Positions 32,343 through 48,731 of a DNA stretch of 64,000 nucleotides are shown here, piece after piece. The notes under the pieces were generated by a model. The model had not been told where the DNA came from. It did not search any database and saw nothing but the letters and a program-made list of their open reading frames with translations. Each line of letters starts with the position of its first letter. Within the stretch, counting starts at the first letter, position 1. Source of the stretch: Piromyces finnis finn (lineage: Eukaryota; Fungi; Neocallimastigomycota); the NCBI GenBank assembly GCA_002104945.1, contig MCFH01000037.1:124001-188000 (forward strand), given 5' to 3'. A program made the position numbers and the translations under genes.

Positions 32343-33167
32343 ATTGCAAATTATATTTCTTTATTTTTTATTATTTTTTATTATATCTTTAATTATATAT
32401 TTTATATTTTAAATTCTATTAAAAATATTTTCTTTTTTTTTATAATTATTTATTTTATATATATATATTTGCTGTTTTCCTGTAAAATGAGGAAAAAAAA
32501 AACGCTATTGATTAAATACTAATTATTGTTTTTGTTATTAAAATATTATTATTTTAAAATTATAAAAAAAAAAAAAAAAGTGTTATCCGTTTAATATATT
32601 TTCTTTTTTTTTTTTTTGTTCGTGTGTAAGAGATTAGATTAAATTAATAATAATAAACGGAATTTAAAATTAATAATATTATAAAAAAAATAAAAAAATA
32701 AAAATTAAATAATGAAAATATTGTAAATCTATAATAGTTGTATAGCTGTGTTAACGTGTGTAAATTACTTATTTTTTGTTTTGTTTTTTTTAATTTTTTA
32801 AATTATCTTTTTTAAAAAAAAAAAATGAAAAGATATTTACTTTTTCTATACTATGATTATTAAAATAATTCAAAGATAATGGAGTTATATATAAAAATTA
32901 AATATAAATTATTGATACTATTAAATTAGTTTTAAATTTATAAAAAAAAAATGACAATGTTTGGAAATGGTAAAAATTTAAATGATACGTAGAAATATTT
33001 ATCTTTTTTTTTTTTTTGTTAACTTCGTTTCATTTCTTAATATCTTAATGTATTTTAATATTTATATATATTAATGGATTTAAATATTATTAAAAAAAGA
33101 ATTTTATCTTTTTTTTTTTTTCTAATAATCGTTATTTCATTTTACTATATAAATTTGGTTTTATTTT

Positions 33168-36402
<3,235 letters not shown>

Positions 36403-37718
36403 TTTGAACTATATATTTTATATCTCTCTATTTATTTATGGTTTTTGTTTACAAAAGTATTGATATATATAATATAAAACTTAAATAATTTCTAGTAAAA
36501 TAATTATCTTTTCTTTCTTTTTTGATAATTTTTAAACAGAGTAGAAAAATCTATATATCTCTAAATATTAAAAATATCGATATAAAAAATAAAAAATACT
36601 GTTAGAAATATATAATTATATACTTATTTATTTATTTATATCTGTAATAGTGATTTTTTGTTTTTTTGTTTTTTGTTTTTGTTTTTTTTTTAAGTATTAA
36701 AGTTGACATTTGAATTTGAAATTTCTTTTTTTTTTTATATTATTATTATTATTGTTGTTGTTGTTATTATTATTATTATTTCATTCTATTAAAATTTGGT
36801 AATACAAAAAAAAATTTTTTTTTACAAAAAAAAGAAAAAAAAAAAAGTATATGTAGTGTGCTTTAAGATTATTTGTGGAGTATGCAGTGTTCAAAAAATA
36901 TATTTAAAGTTATTGTGCTGTTATTTTTAAAATATATAAAGAATCAATGTTCAAAATTTTAATTATTGATAAAAAAAAAATCTATTTAAATTTCGAATTT
37001 AAATAAATTAGAGATTAATAAAAGTGATATGTGATATATAATTTTATAGAAATATTATTATATTTATTTTCCTGCAGTAAAAAAAAAATAAAATAAAAGT
37101 TGAAATTTTGTTTATTTTTGTTGTTTGTTTTTTGCTATTTTAATTCTGGTTAAAAATAATGAATCTAACAATGTAATAATGCTAATATTTTTTTTATTAT
37201 TTGAAAATATTCTCTTCACTTTTTTAATATTAAATTCAAATTCAATAGATTTAAAATTTTTATACTGGATTAAACATTGTTATTTTATGTTATTAAGATA
37301 TATCCTTTATTAGTGTTGCTTTTGTCCTTTTAATTTAAATTTTCTTTTTTATCTTAAAATTAAATACTATATTTTTATTGATATTATTATCTTAATTATA
37401 AACTTACATTTAAAATAAAATATAAATAATTTTGTTTTTGTTTTATTCGGTTTTTTCTTTTTTAAGGAAAACCTTTTTTTCGGTTTTTCTTTTTTTTTTT
37501 ATTTTGTTTTGTTATGTTTATTTGTTTGCTAGTTTTTTTTGTTTTTCTATATAAAGAAATATTAGAACAAAAAAAAATTCTAAATTTAAATAAAAAATAA
37601 AAAAAGAAAGAAATTAAAATAAATTAAACTTCTTTTTTTATTTTCTTTATCTATATCAATTTCATAATTATTGATATTATTATATCTTTATATTAATAAA
37701 AACAATTGTTTAATTAAT

Positions 37719-37764
<46 letters not shown>

Positions 37765-38618
37765 AAAAAGAAATGAGGATTTAGTTAGTGTCAAACTAAA
37801 TTCATGGTTAAGTTTAAGTTGTTGTTTTTTTTTTTTTTTTTGAAATCACAATTATACTCTTATTCAAAATATAATTTGTATGAATATTTATTTAATACTT
37901 CTTCATAAAATATATATGTTATAATTATATATAACAATATAACTAAGAAAAAAAGAAAAAGAAAAATAAAAAAAAATATTATAAAGGTGGAATAAAAAAA
38001 ATTATACTTTAAATATATAAAATAAAAAAAAAATTAAGGTACAAAATAATAATTAAAATTATTTAAAATTTTATTAAAAGATAAATTAAAATTTAATATT
38101 TTATGTTAATCATAATATTAGTAATTTTTTTCATATTAAATAATTAATATTAAAAAAAAAGTTATTAAAGATTAATTTATAAAAAAAAAAGGATTTTTTT
38201 TTTTTTATTTATTATAGTTAAATAAATAACAAATAAAATTAATACAATCTTGTTATTAACAAAGAATAAATTATAATTATAAATACATAAAAGTATCAAG
38301 AAATAGTTATACATAATAAAATAATAAATGAATATATGATTTAAACATTATTTATTTTATTTATTTCATTGTAAAATCAAGTATTTACTTTTTAAAGCAT
38401 CATAAAAAGAATATTAAATATAGATTTAACTTTAAATTCCACTAAATAATTAATAATTATAATTTTCCAAGAAAAAATGAGCTATTTTTAATACTATTTT
38501 TTCAATTTAAAAAAAAAATCATTGAAATTAATTTATTATTATGCTTTTAGTTGTATATTCTTTAATTATTTAATTATATTTATTTATTTATAATTAAAAT
38601 AATTGAATGGTTTAGATG

Positions 38619-38650
<32 letters not shown>

Positions 38651-40056
38651 ATTCATTAAATCATTTGAATAATTCTTTTTAATCCTTAAAATGGTATTTT
38701 AAAAAAGGGATAATACTAAAAATTTATAAAAATATATTTATTATACTAATTTATGAATATAAATGTTAAAAATAATTATAATAGTTTTATTTATATAAAT
38801 ATAAAAAAAATTAGCATAAAAAATGTTATTTATTTATATAAATTTTATGTACTCGGTAATTTAATAATTTTATTTATGTTTTTTATTTTTTTTTTTTTTT
38901 TTTTACATATGCATATAAACGCATATAAACACATGTATATTAATTAAAATAAATAGTGGAATTTTTAATAAAGATATTAGGAATGGAAAAAAAAAAAAAA
39001 AAAAAATACTTTATAATAATTAAAAAAAATACTTAAAAATTATAATAAATATAGTTAAAGATTATTATTTGTAAGTTGTAAAGTTGAAATATATATTTAT
39101 TAATAGTATATATAATTTTATTTGTTTTGTTTTTTTCTTTAAAAAAAAGGATGAAGATATTATTAAAATGACTTTTAAATATTTATTTATTATTCATTCG
39201 TTTAGTCGTATTTATAGAAAAATATATATATATATGTATAAATTATAATAAATTTACATGAATGAATATTATAATTATATAAAATATTTTTTTTTAAAAA
39301 AAAATAAAATGATCATTAAATATTATTCGTTTATATAAATTTTTTTCAGTAAAATAAAAATATTAAATATATCTTTAAAATTACATCTTTAAAATATATT
39401 AATATCAAAAAATAAAGTTTTTATTTATATATTAATTATTCTAAATTATTAAACATGATTTAAAAAAATAAAAAAATATCTATATAGGTTATATATATGG
39501 GTGATAGGTGTATATATGTTTGTCTATTATGATTAATGTTTCTATGTTTTAACATTTTTGTTAGTGCCGTTTTTATTTTTACTTTATTAAACTATCACAT
39601 ATATTTCTCCCCTTCAATGATTTGAATACATCTAAAAATGTAAAAATTTATAAAAAATTAAAATAATCATTTATATTACTTGTTGATATCATCGCTTGTA
39701 TATATTATCAAATATATATATAACTTTAAATATTACTTCTCTCTGAAAGTAATAATAAAAAAAAATACTTTTTTTATTTTTTTATTTTTATTTTATATAT
39801 ATTTTTCTTTTTTAAAGAAAAAAAGGAATTTTTTTTTTTTTTCACCTTTAACAAATTTAACATTGTTTATGCAAATTTAATAACAAAATAAGATTAAAAA
39901 GGATATATATATGTATAGCATAAACATATTAATATTATTTATATATTTACTGACTTTTTTAAATAGATATACGAAATGTTTTAATAATAATAATCACTTT
40001 TTTTTTACTATTATTATTACATTCTTATAAAAATCTAAATTTATAAATTTGGTATT

Positions 40057-40089
<33 letters not shown>

Positions 40090-40393
40090 AAAGGGAATAA
40101 ATTAATTTATGTTAATATTTATAATTTAAAAAAGGAGAAAAAAAAAAAGAAAAAGGAAAAAAAAGAATATAAAAATTCTGTTATATAATAGATCTAATAT
40201 ATTAAATAATAAAAATTAAAAAAAAAAGCTGTCAAAGATAAAATAAAAAATTAAAAATATCTATTATAAATAAATGGTTTCTTTATATTTTACTCTTTTT
40301 TTTTCCTTTTTCCTTTCCTCTTCTGTTTATTTTCATCTATTTATATTTATTGATAATAAAAATGCATTTTGATTGATTCTACTTTTTATCTAT

Positions 40394-41642
40394 TTAGAAT
40401 GGTCTTGGTCCTTTGTCATTTACATAATAAGTTGGTTCCTTAATTTCCCATACTGTTTGATTCTTACCAACAGAAAATTCTAAATCTTCCTTAGTAATGG
40501 AATCCCAATACTTATAAACCATCATAACAGCAAGTAAGATGAAGGTTACACCAAAGAAAACACCATCAATATAGTGTGCACACATACCACAAATTTCTTT
40601 TGAGAAAACAAATTCACAAACAATACCGATTATGTAGAAAGCAGCAGCAAATAAGATAGCACCTAATGGCCACTTTTCATCTAATACAGTAATTACAAGG
40701 AAAACTTGTAATAAGAAGTAGATTAAAATTTCAGCTCCATTTACAATAAAGAATAAAATGTAAAGAATTTGTGAAGTAGTTAAAATTTGTTTTTCGAAAG
40801 TTAAGTAGGAGACAGCAAAGTTAATACCAAATGAAATAAGAGCACAAACTCTAACAAGCTTGATATACGAATATAAATTAATAAAATAAAAACGAAAATA
40901 ATAATTAATATTATACTCGTTAATTATTAATAATTATATAAATATCTTTATAAAAAAAAAAACTTACCCATAATGACTTAGCTGTGCCATCTTCAATCCA
41001 TTGGAAAGAAACTAAACCACTTACTAATAATGTTGTACATGCAGCACCTACCACACCTATATAAGATGCAACAACATACTAAATATAAATAAATTTAGAG
41101 TTTAATTATTCAATATTGTTATTTTATAAAATTTTTAATATTTTCATTTTTTCAAAATTTTAAATATATGATAATTATACAGTTGCTTACTTTATAATAT
41201 TCAAGATATAATGGTACTACACCAGAAGATACAACCATTTCAAGTATAATATATAAAAAGTATAAATAGTAGAATATAACGACTTCCTTACGACCTATTT
41301 ATATTTTGATACATGTTTTTTAATGCATTAATAATTGTTATACTTCTTTTTTTTTTTTTTTTTAATATAAAATAATAATATAAATATTATTGTTTTATTT
41401 TTTTACTAACCTACAGCGGTATATTTTGATTTAATATGGAAAATCATAATAAGAGTCATTACAAGAGCAACTATACCCATGAATAAAGTAGCACCTTGAA
41501 AAGTTAAATGACCCTTTACAATTTCTAAATTTCTTGAGTAACATTCTGGCATAAATTTACTGTCAACAAGTGAACACATTGGAAGTGACACTTTATTACA
41601 GAAGAAATCGAAATTCATCTCAAATGGAATATCATTAGCCAT
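40394..41642 (-). CDS. CHS7: Chitin synthase export chaperone (Chs7 family), 4 exons
   Basis: F..FC....LPMC...CYSRN, IFHIKSKYTAVG|RKE, GLVSFQWIEDGT, VITVLDEKWPLGAILF, ICGMCAHYIDGVFFG...VYKYWDSITKEDLEFSVG: the Chs7 motif series. Confidence 0.93.
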
Positions 41643-43572
41643 TTTTTATCTATTTTTTTAATAATAGTAAAACATTTAGATTAATATTATTATTTTATTA
41701 TAATATATATATATTAGTGCATAAAAAAACTAATATATTCCATTTGAATAACTTTTAATATTTTGTTGAATATTATTTAAATACATTATTATTTATTTAT
41801 ATAGTTATTTCAATAATTATTTCAACAGATTAGAAAATTAGGCTTTTCAATGATTATGTTTTTATTAATAAAAAAATTACTATTTATTAAATTTTTCATT
41901 TTGAATTAAAGTCAATGTTTCAATAATTATATCTACATTTATATAAATATAGCATAACATTAAATAATTATTATAAATATACATTTATATTTTTTAACAT
42001 TATTCTTGTATTTTGCTTAATATTGTTCGATGTGAAAAGACTATATAAAATATTTTTTTTTTCTTTACATATAGTTTTGTTTTGTTTTGTTTTGCTTTTT
42101 GTTTGTGAAAATTGTATTAATTGCTTATATAATGTGTATGTATTTATATATATTATATATTGATAATTAAAAGTATAATTCTTTATATTAAAAATCATTC
42201 ATTTATGTAAATAATAAATTCAAACTGTTGGCTTTTTTATTATAATATAGTATTACTTTTTTACTATTTTCTTGTATCTTTAGTATTATTGTTTTTTTTA
42301 AAAAAAAAAAAAAAGGTTCTTTTATTTTTATTTATTATTTTCAATACAAAATATTTTGTATTAATAATTCAAATGATAATAATTCAACGTCATTAATATC
42401 TATAATTCTTTTTTTTTTTTTTTTTTTTTCTATTCTTATATCTATTAATAATTATTTTTACGCACTTTATTATTATTATTGTAATGATAAAGGGATTATT
42501 CAGATGTTCAAATTCTTTTTTTTTTTAAAAAAAAAAAAATTAAAAAAAGATAAAATTTAAAATTAAAAATAATTTTTATATAAGTTTTATTAATATATTT
42601 ATTAGTATTGGAGTTTATTTATTAATATATTAAATCAATATATTCAATTTTATTATAAAAAGTATGTACTAAATAGGTATTCAATAATTATAAAAATAAT
42701 CTTGATTTCTAATACTAAAAAAAATAGAATATAGAATATAATAGGAATGGAAATTTATTATAAAATAAAATTTAATACACCCATAGAATTAACGATAAAA
42801 ATGATTTATTTAGTATAATTTAATTACATTTAGTATTAAGAGTTTCTAAATATTTAGTGAGTCTTTTATTATTAATTTACTATTAATTATTATTTATTTC
42901 TATTTATATAAAACAATACTTTATAAAATATCAAATTATTTATTAATTAGGATAATCAATAAATAAGAATGGTTGATGATGTTGTATTATTAACCAGTAA
43001 AAAAAAAAAAATTAATAAGCATAAAGTAAGTGGAATAATAGTAAATAGTAATAATAGATTTATTTATTTAATTTATTTAATTAATTTATTTGTTTATATA
43101 ATTATTTATTCATTTATTATTTATTTATTATAAGTATTGTTGGTAAAACTGTGCCATATCTTTAAATATAAAATTTAATTATAATGTAATATACTATACA
43201 ATATATTTTCAACATATAATATATAATCAAATTTAATTAATTTAATGAATTATTATAAATATCATCAATATTTGTAATATATTATTGCTAATTAATAATA
43301 TATTGAATTAAATCATTTTTAATTATATTAATTTGATTTCAATATAATAATATATTTCTTAATTACCCAATATATTATTTTCTCAATAATAGTATTGCTA
43401 TATATATTATTTTTATAATAATCATCAATAGGTATAGAATGCATTTATTATTAATAATGGTTATTATGTATACATTTTACTACATTATAATTTGTATACA
43501 TTTATTGATTTCAATTAGTAATAAAATTAAACTTTTAAAAAAATAAAGCATGTACAACCATAAAACTAAAAC

Positions 43573-43691
43573 TTTGCCTTAATCGCTGTTAGGAAATTTC
43601 TATTTTAAAATTGAATTTTAAAAAATATCTACCATTAACAATTCTAAATTCATTTTTAAAATGGAAGCTTTTTCTATGCTATTAAGGCAAA
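43573..43691. repeat. ~120-bp foldback (MITE-like inverted repeat)
   Basis: TTTGCCTTAAT (43573-43583) pairs perfectly with ATTAAGGCAAA (43681-43691); the inner arms TTCTATTTTAAAATTGAATTT and AAATTCATTTTTAAAATGGAA also pair, around a short spacer. Confidence 0.65.
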
Positions 43692-43857
43692 TTTTAATTG
43701 TAAATATGTTGAAATTAGAATTATTGGGTTAACAAGCATTTTTATTAATGACTTCTTAATAAAATTATGGAATGAAATATCAAAAATTGCTAAAAATTTT
43801 TGAAAAACTTTAAAGATTTTCTAAAGTATAATTATTATTGGAATAGAATGAAAATTC

Positions 43858-44415
43858 GTCGTTCCAGTTTTTATCCTGGTTGTTAAGGCGTTTCCTTAGC
43901 ATATATAAGGCTTCTGGTTCGACCCCGCAGATGTCAGTGCCTGTGGATTTTCCCACTGGGTTTGCCATGGGTTGGGTTATGATATTCAGGTAAGTATAAA
44001 TGAACTTTCTAATTTACTACTATGATAATAACACTCGTCTAGCCGGCCTGAGAGGGTCTAGTGTACATGGTACATTCCAAATTAGAACTTAATAAGTGGT
44101 GACTTAGGCTATGCCAAAAACACATAATATTCCTTAATCAATTTAAGTGTAAACATTAGGGGGCGGTTGACACGTGATCAAATTGACTATAAGAGGCTTA
44201 GCATTGTAGTTGTGAAATATCGTACAACGACATGCATCTAATGTACATGGATTAAGTGAGCGTCGAAGCTGAAGAAACAGTATGACAGACCAGGAGGGTC
44301 ACAACCACCTAGCAATAGGAATGAGCCAACGTTTCTCTAAGAACCACCATTGGAGCTAACTCTGATCGATGGGAGAAATGCACTCGGAAGTTAAAAAAAA
44401 AAAAAAAAAAAAAAA
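43858..44415 (+). mobile_element. tRNA-derived SINE (~560 bp) with A23 tail, LINE-related 3' segment and 13-bp TSD AGAATGAAAATTC (43845-43857, 44415-44427)
   Basis: GC-richer island in AT-rich DNA; B box GGTTCGACCCC (43916-43926); A-box-like TGGTTGTTAAGG (43877-43888); TTAGCAT anticodon-loop-like heptamer (43896-43902); 39/44-nt match to the LINE 3' ORF end; poly(A); TSD. Confidence 0.88.
43877..43926 (+). promoter_or_regulatory. Internal RNA polymerase III type-2 promoter (A-box-like + B box) of the SINE head
   Basis: GGTTCGACCCC fits GGTTCGANNCC; the A box is degenerate; a T5 run at 43868-43872 may attenuate this copy. Confidence 0.7.
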
Positions 44416-44703
44416 GAATGAAAATTCATCGCTAATATCTTATTCTTTGTTGTGCCTTCTTCTTTATTATTTAGACGAGTACTAAAAAAAAAAATATTTA
44501 AAAATTTTAATATACAATATTTTTTTAAAAAAAAAAAATATCACTTTCTACAATAAAATTTTATGTATGACAAAAAAATAAATGGAAATATATTACAATA
44601 TATTGTAATTACATATTAAATAAAATTAATAACACATTAAAAATTAAAAAATGAAAAAAACGTGTTTTAAACGGTCAATTATATATTATTATTAACAATG
44701 ACT

Positions 44704-44807
44704 TAGAATTACAATTATGAGTATTATAAAATTATTATAAAAAAATTAAACAACATAGAATTACAATTATGAGTATTATAAAATTATTATAAAAAAATTA
44801 AACAACA
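44704..44807. repeat. Perfect tandem duplication of a 52-bp unit
   Basis: TAGAATTACAATTATGAGTATTATAAAATTATTATAAAAAAATTAAACAACA at 44704-44755 and 44756-44807. Confidence 0.9.
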
Positions 44808-47071
44808 TAAAGGTTTTTTTTATTATAATATAAAATATAAAATATGGAATATATAGGTAGAAAATTTAATAATATACTTTATATTTTATTAATAGCAAAA
44901 AAAAATATTATATCAATATGGTTAGGTTAAATTTCATTGAAATTTATTAGACCTAATCCTTTAATTATTTTAAAAATATTAATAAGAAAAAAAATATTAA
45001 TAAAAAAATACTTTAATAAAAAACTGCTTATTAAAGTATTATTTTATTATTTTATATGTATAAACAGTCAAAATAATAAATTTATAATTCAAAACAAAAA
45101 AATTAGATATTGTAAGATAATTAATAAAAATAGTATTTTTAATAAAATAATGTTAAATGATTAAAATAATTTATTTCAGAAACTATATAACAAAAAAAAA
45201 AATTAGTAATTCAGTGTAGATAGCTATTATATTCAATTAAAAAATATGCAAATATAAATTGTAAATTCAATATATATATATATTTTATTTTGACATTTGA
45301 TTGTAAAGATAATAAATATATTAAACATAAAAAGAAACGTTATTTAACTTGACTTTTTAATGTATTAATACAAATAATAATAAAAAAAAAAATTAAAGAA
45401 TATTATTCAAAAAGTATTACTACAATTACAACCATTATTAATAATAAATAAATAAAAACAATTTTATCAAGAGATAGTTACATTCAATTCTTAAAATTTA
45501 TTAAAAGATTTTTATCATTAATTGAATTAAAAAAAAGTTAATTTTTAATTGTTACTAAATAGCAAATACAAAAAAAAAAAAAAAATATAACATGAATCAA
45601 ATGATATAATATTCTAACAGATAAATTATGAAATATGAAAAGTATTCTAAAAAAAAAAAAAAACAACTTATGAATAGATTTAATAAAATACAATTTACTG
45701 ATAGAGAGTATAGTCTTAAAATAAGGATTATTACTTAGAAAACATAAATATCATTTAATATGATATTTAAACTAACAAAAAAAATCTAGGAATAATAAAA
45801 TTATTCAAAATAATATATTATTACTAGTAATATTTTATTATTATTTGTAAAATTATTTAAAGATATTTAATTAATGATCAATTCAGTTCTATGAAAACTA
45901 ATTTTCATTAATACTAAGAAATACAAAAACAAGCATTAAGAATAGTTAATTGCTTAATTATTTAAAGAGAAGATTTAACTTTTTTTATTTTATAGAAATA
46001 TTAATATAATTATTTTTAAATATTAATATCTATTTTTTTTACAGATTATTTAGAAACCTTTTACCGACATACAATTTCATATATTTCCAAAATATTTAAA
46101 ATTTATATATATAAAAGAGAATAATTCAATTATTTCTTTATACAAAATAATGTCGAATTTTTCATTATTGCATTTTAAGAAAAATTCTATAGAATTTATC
46201 CATTAAAGTATAATTATTATTAAGTTTACTGATTCTATAAATTTTAATTTATTCAATCCAAAAATCTTCATAAAAACAATGAAAGCATCAAGAAATATAT
46301 ATGTAATATGGGTGAGAATAGATTTATAGAAAAAGGTTTATAGTATAAAATTTAGATTTTGATAATTAGAAAATTTTATTTTTTTCTTTTTTTTTTTTTT
46401 TTTTTTTTAATTTCCTAATTAATTAGAGTATGATAAACTTTCATTATTATTGGTTTATGAGATAAAAGTTTAATCTAATAGATAAGTTTTTCTATTACTG
46501 CCATGAAAGAAAATAAAAATTACAAGTATTTTTTTTAATCTAATTAAAGGAATGTTTTAATAAGAAGAACCATGTACTTTTATATATTAAAAATATTTAA
46601 TAGGCAATAAAATTATTCATTCAATATATTTATATATTATTTAACCTTTTTGTAGCTCGACCAAAATAGAATTATAAACATTTTTTCTTATATTTTTATT
46701 AAATAAATGATGATACATATTTTTTATATTTATTATAAAAAAGGGTAAAAAAAAAAAAAAATTGTCAAGAAAACTATGTGAAGATGTTTTGCATTTGAAG
46801 GAATTTAAAGCATTCTAAAATTAAATAATTAAAGAAAAAAAATTCATAATAATCACTACAGGAATAAAACAATCAGGAATGAATTTATTACAAGCAATAT
46901 TTTCTTCTAACCGTAAGGAGTACAGATAACCCAAGTAATAATTATTTAAATATGTTTTGTTAAAAGCCTACTAATAAATAAAATTACGTTTATATAATTT
47001 TCTATATATAGAGATTATTATTGAATAAACTCTTAACAAAAAAAAAAAAAATATTGTAATCGTATTGATGC

Positions 47072-47110
<39 letters not shown>

Positions 47111-47135
47111 GTGTATCATCTAATTTAACCTAGGC

Positions 47136-47270
47136 ATTTTAATTAAATAAAAATTTAAGAATAATAATTGTATTTTGATTTTCAATAGGGACTTAGCATC
47201 AGAGATCAAATTTTATTAGAGAACAAAATTAGGCTCTATTGCCATTGCCACGTCTTATTATTTCTTTTGC
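47136..47270 (-). mobile_element. Short degenerate 3' relic of the main LINE family
   Basis: ATAATAATTGTATTTTGATTTTCAATAGGGAC...AGATCAAATTTT...GAACAAAATTA...GTCTTATTATTTCTT aligns with 23681-23800. Confidence 0.75.
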
Positions 47271-47660
47271 CCTTTTTTTTTTTTTTTTATTTTATTTTAG
47301 ATTAGAAAGAAAATATACTACTACTACTTCTTCTTGTTTTCATTTATTTCATTTGTAAATTGTCATTAGGTGATAATACATATTAAAATAAATAAATAAT
47401 AAATAAATATAATATAATAAAATATGTATAAAGACATAAATATAAAATAAAATAAACTAATTATTCAAGTTGCATAAAAAGGTTCAATAAATTTTGCCTT
47501 TTGTACTGTGTGTAGGATTGATCCCTACCTCTAATGAATTAAATGAATTAAAAAAAAAAAAGTAACATCAGGTACCATTAAATTGGGAAGTTAAGTGATG
47601 AATTGATTCTTATATTTATTATATAAAAATAAAAGAAAAAAAGGGATAAAAAAAAAAAAA

Positions 47661-48200
47661 GATCGTCAGGAAAGTTAAAGGGAAGAAGTTCTGTATTCAG
47701 AGAATGTAGAACATTCTAAAATCCAAGGGTGAAAAGATGGTTCATCCTATCCGCAATATGGACAGACACAAGAGTCGTCAGGAGCAACTCTATTATTAGC
47801 AATAGCAATTCTTGTGGTGTTTTTAATAACCGTACTGAATAGGAATAATCCAAGTAACTCCTAAATTTAAGTGAGGTTTGTTGTAACCTTGATATGTATT
47901 AGACGATTTGAATTAAGGAATTTGCTGTTAGTATATCTGACGGCTTTACTTTCATTATTTAGGTTACTATTATTCTAATAATGTTCTAATATCTTTAGTA
48001 CTTTTAATGTCAATTTTCAAAAGTTTCTTATGTAGAGATCAAGATTCTTCGGCCCAAAGAGTACTTAAACATGGGTGAAAAAAGTCAGACGAGATAAAAA
48101 AGCATAAGACATGATTATTCTTAAAAGTTTCACTGTATCCGTTATAAAAATAGATCCTTAAATATTTCTTTAATTATATGTTTTTTCCATTCCTTTGAAA
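47661..48200 (-). mobile_element. Old relic of a different but related LINE family (ORF2 C-terminal region with stops and frameshifts)
   Basis: Reverse strand reads SLHKKLLKIDIK..., KAVRYTNSKF..., KNTTRIAIANNRVAPDDSCVCPYCG*DEPSFHPWILECSTFSEYR, paralleling KAQYYDDNKF...ARVAKAAKFVDPVCPNYCPCC...HWLLDCPTFRDI of the intact family. Confidence 0.75.
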
Positions 48201-48731
48201 TTAATACAAATTACCATTTTCTCAAATACTCAAAATATTAATATTATTACATTCTTATATAATCATTAATTATTACTATCCCTACTAATACCACTATTAT
48301 TTTACTGAATATTTTATCTTAATTGTATCTCTAAACTGACAATACCAAAATATTAAAAGAGTTGATCACATTTATATCTTAATAATTCCACATTATTGTT
48401 GTTCTTAATATTTTAAACATGCCAACAAATAAACATACACTAAAAAATAACTTTTCATTAAAAATCAAGTATTCCATTCACTTCTGTCATAATAAATATT
48501 TTATTGACTACTCCAAATATAATACTATCAATTTAACCACAGAACCTACTAATCGTTATTAATCCATGATTTTAAATTTCATAACCATGAACTATTCATT
48601 TTAATAATTAAAATACTTAGTTAATATATATAATTATATTTTACACTGTTACACTTTTTATTATTTTTATGATCTTTATTTTTTTTCTTTCATGACAAGA
48701 TTTCCAATAATATTTAATGATATTAAACTTC

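Noticed and set aside
44362-44378. CTGATCGA...GAAA in the SINE tail resembling a hammerhead ribozyme core
   Set aside because: The core is not CTGANGA and there is no room for stem II; no convincing HDV-like fold seen by eye either.
46040-46950. Exon-like or TE-like patches (e.g. NESIKKYICNMG, weakly ankyrin-like; LSRKLCEDVLHLKEF)
   Set aside because: Short, stop-riddled, cannot be chained into a gene or aligned convincingly to the LINE.
47512-47528. GTAGG-ATTGATC-CCTAC, a 5-7-5 hairpin shaped like a tRNA T-arm
   Set aside because: The loop lacks TTCG, and no A box, acceptor stem, tail or TSD could be identified; at most a very old tRNA/SINE trace.
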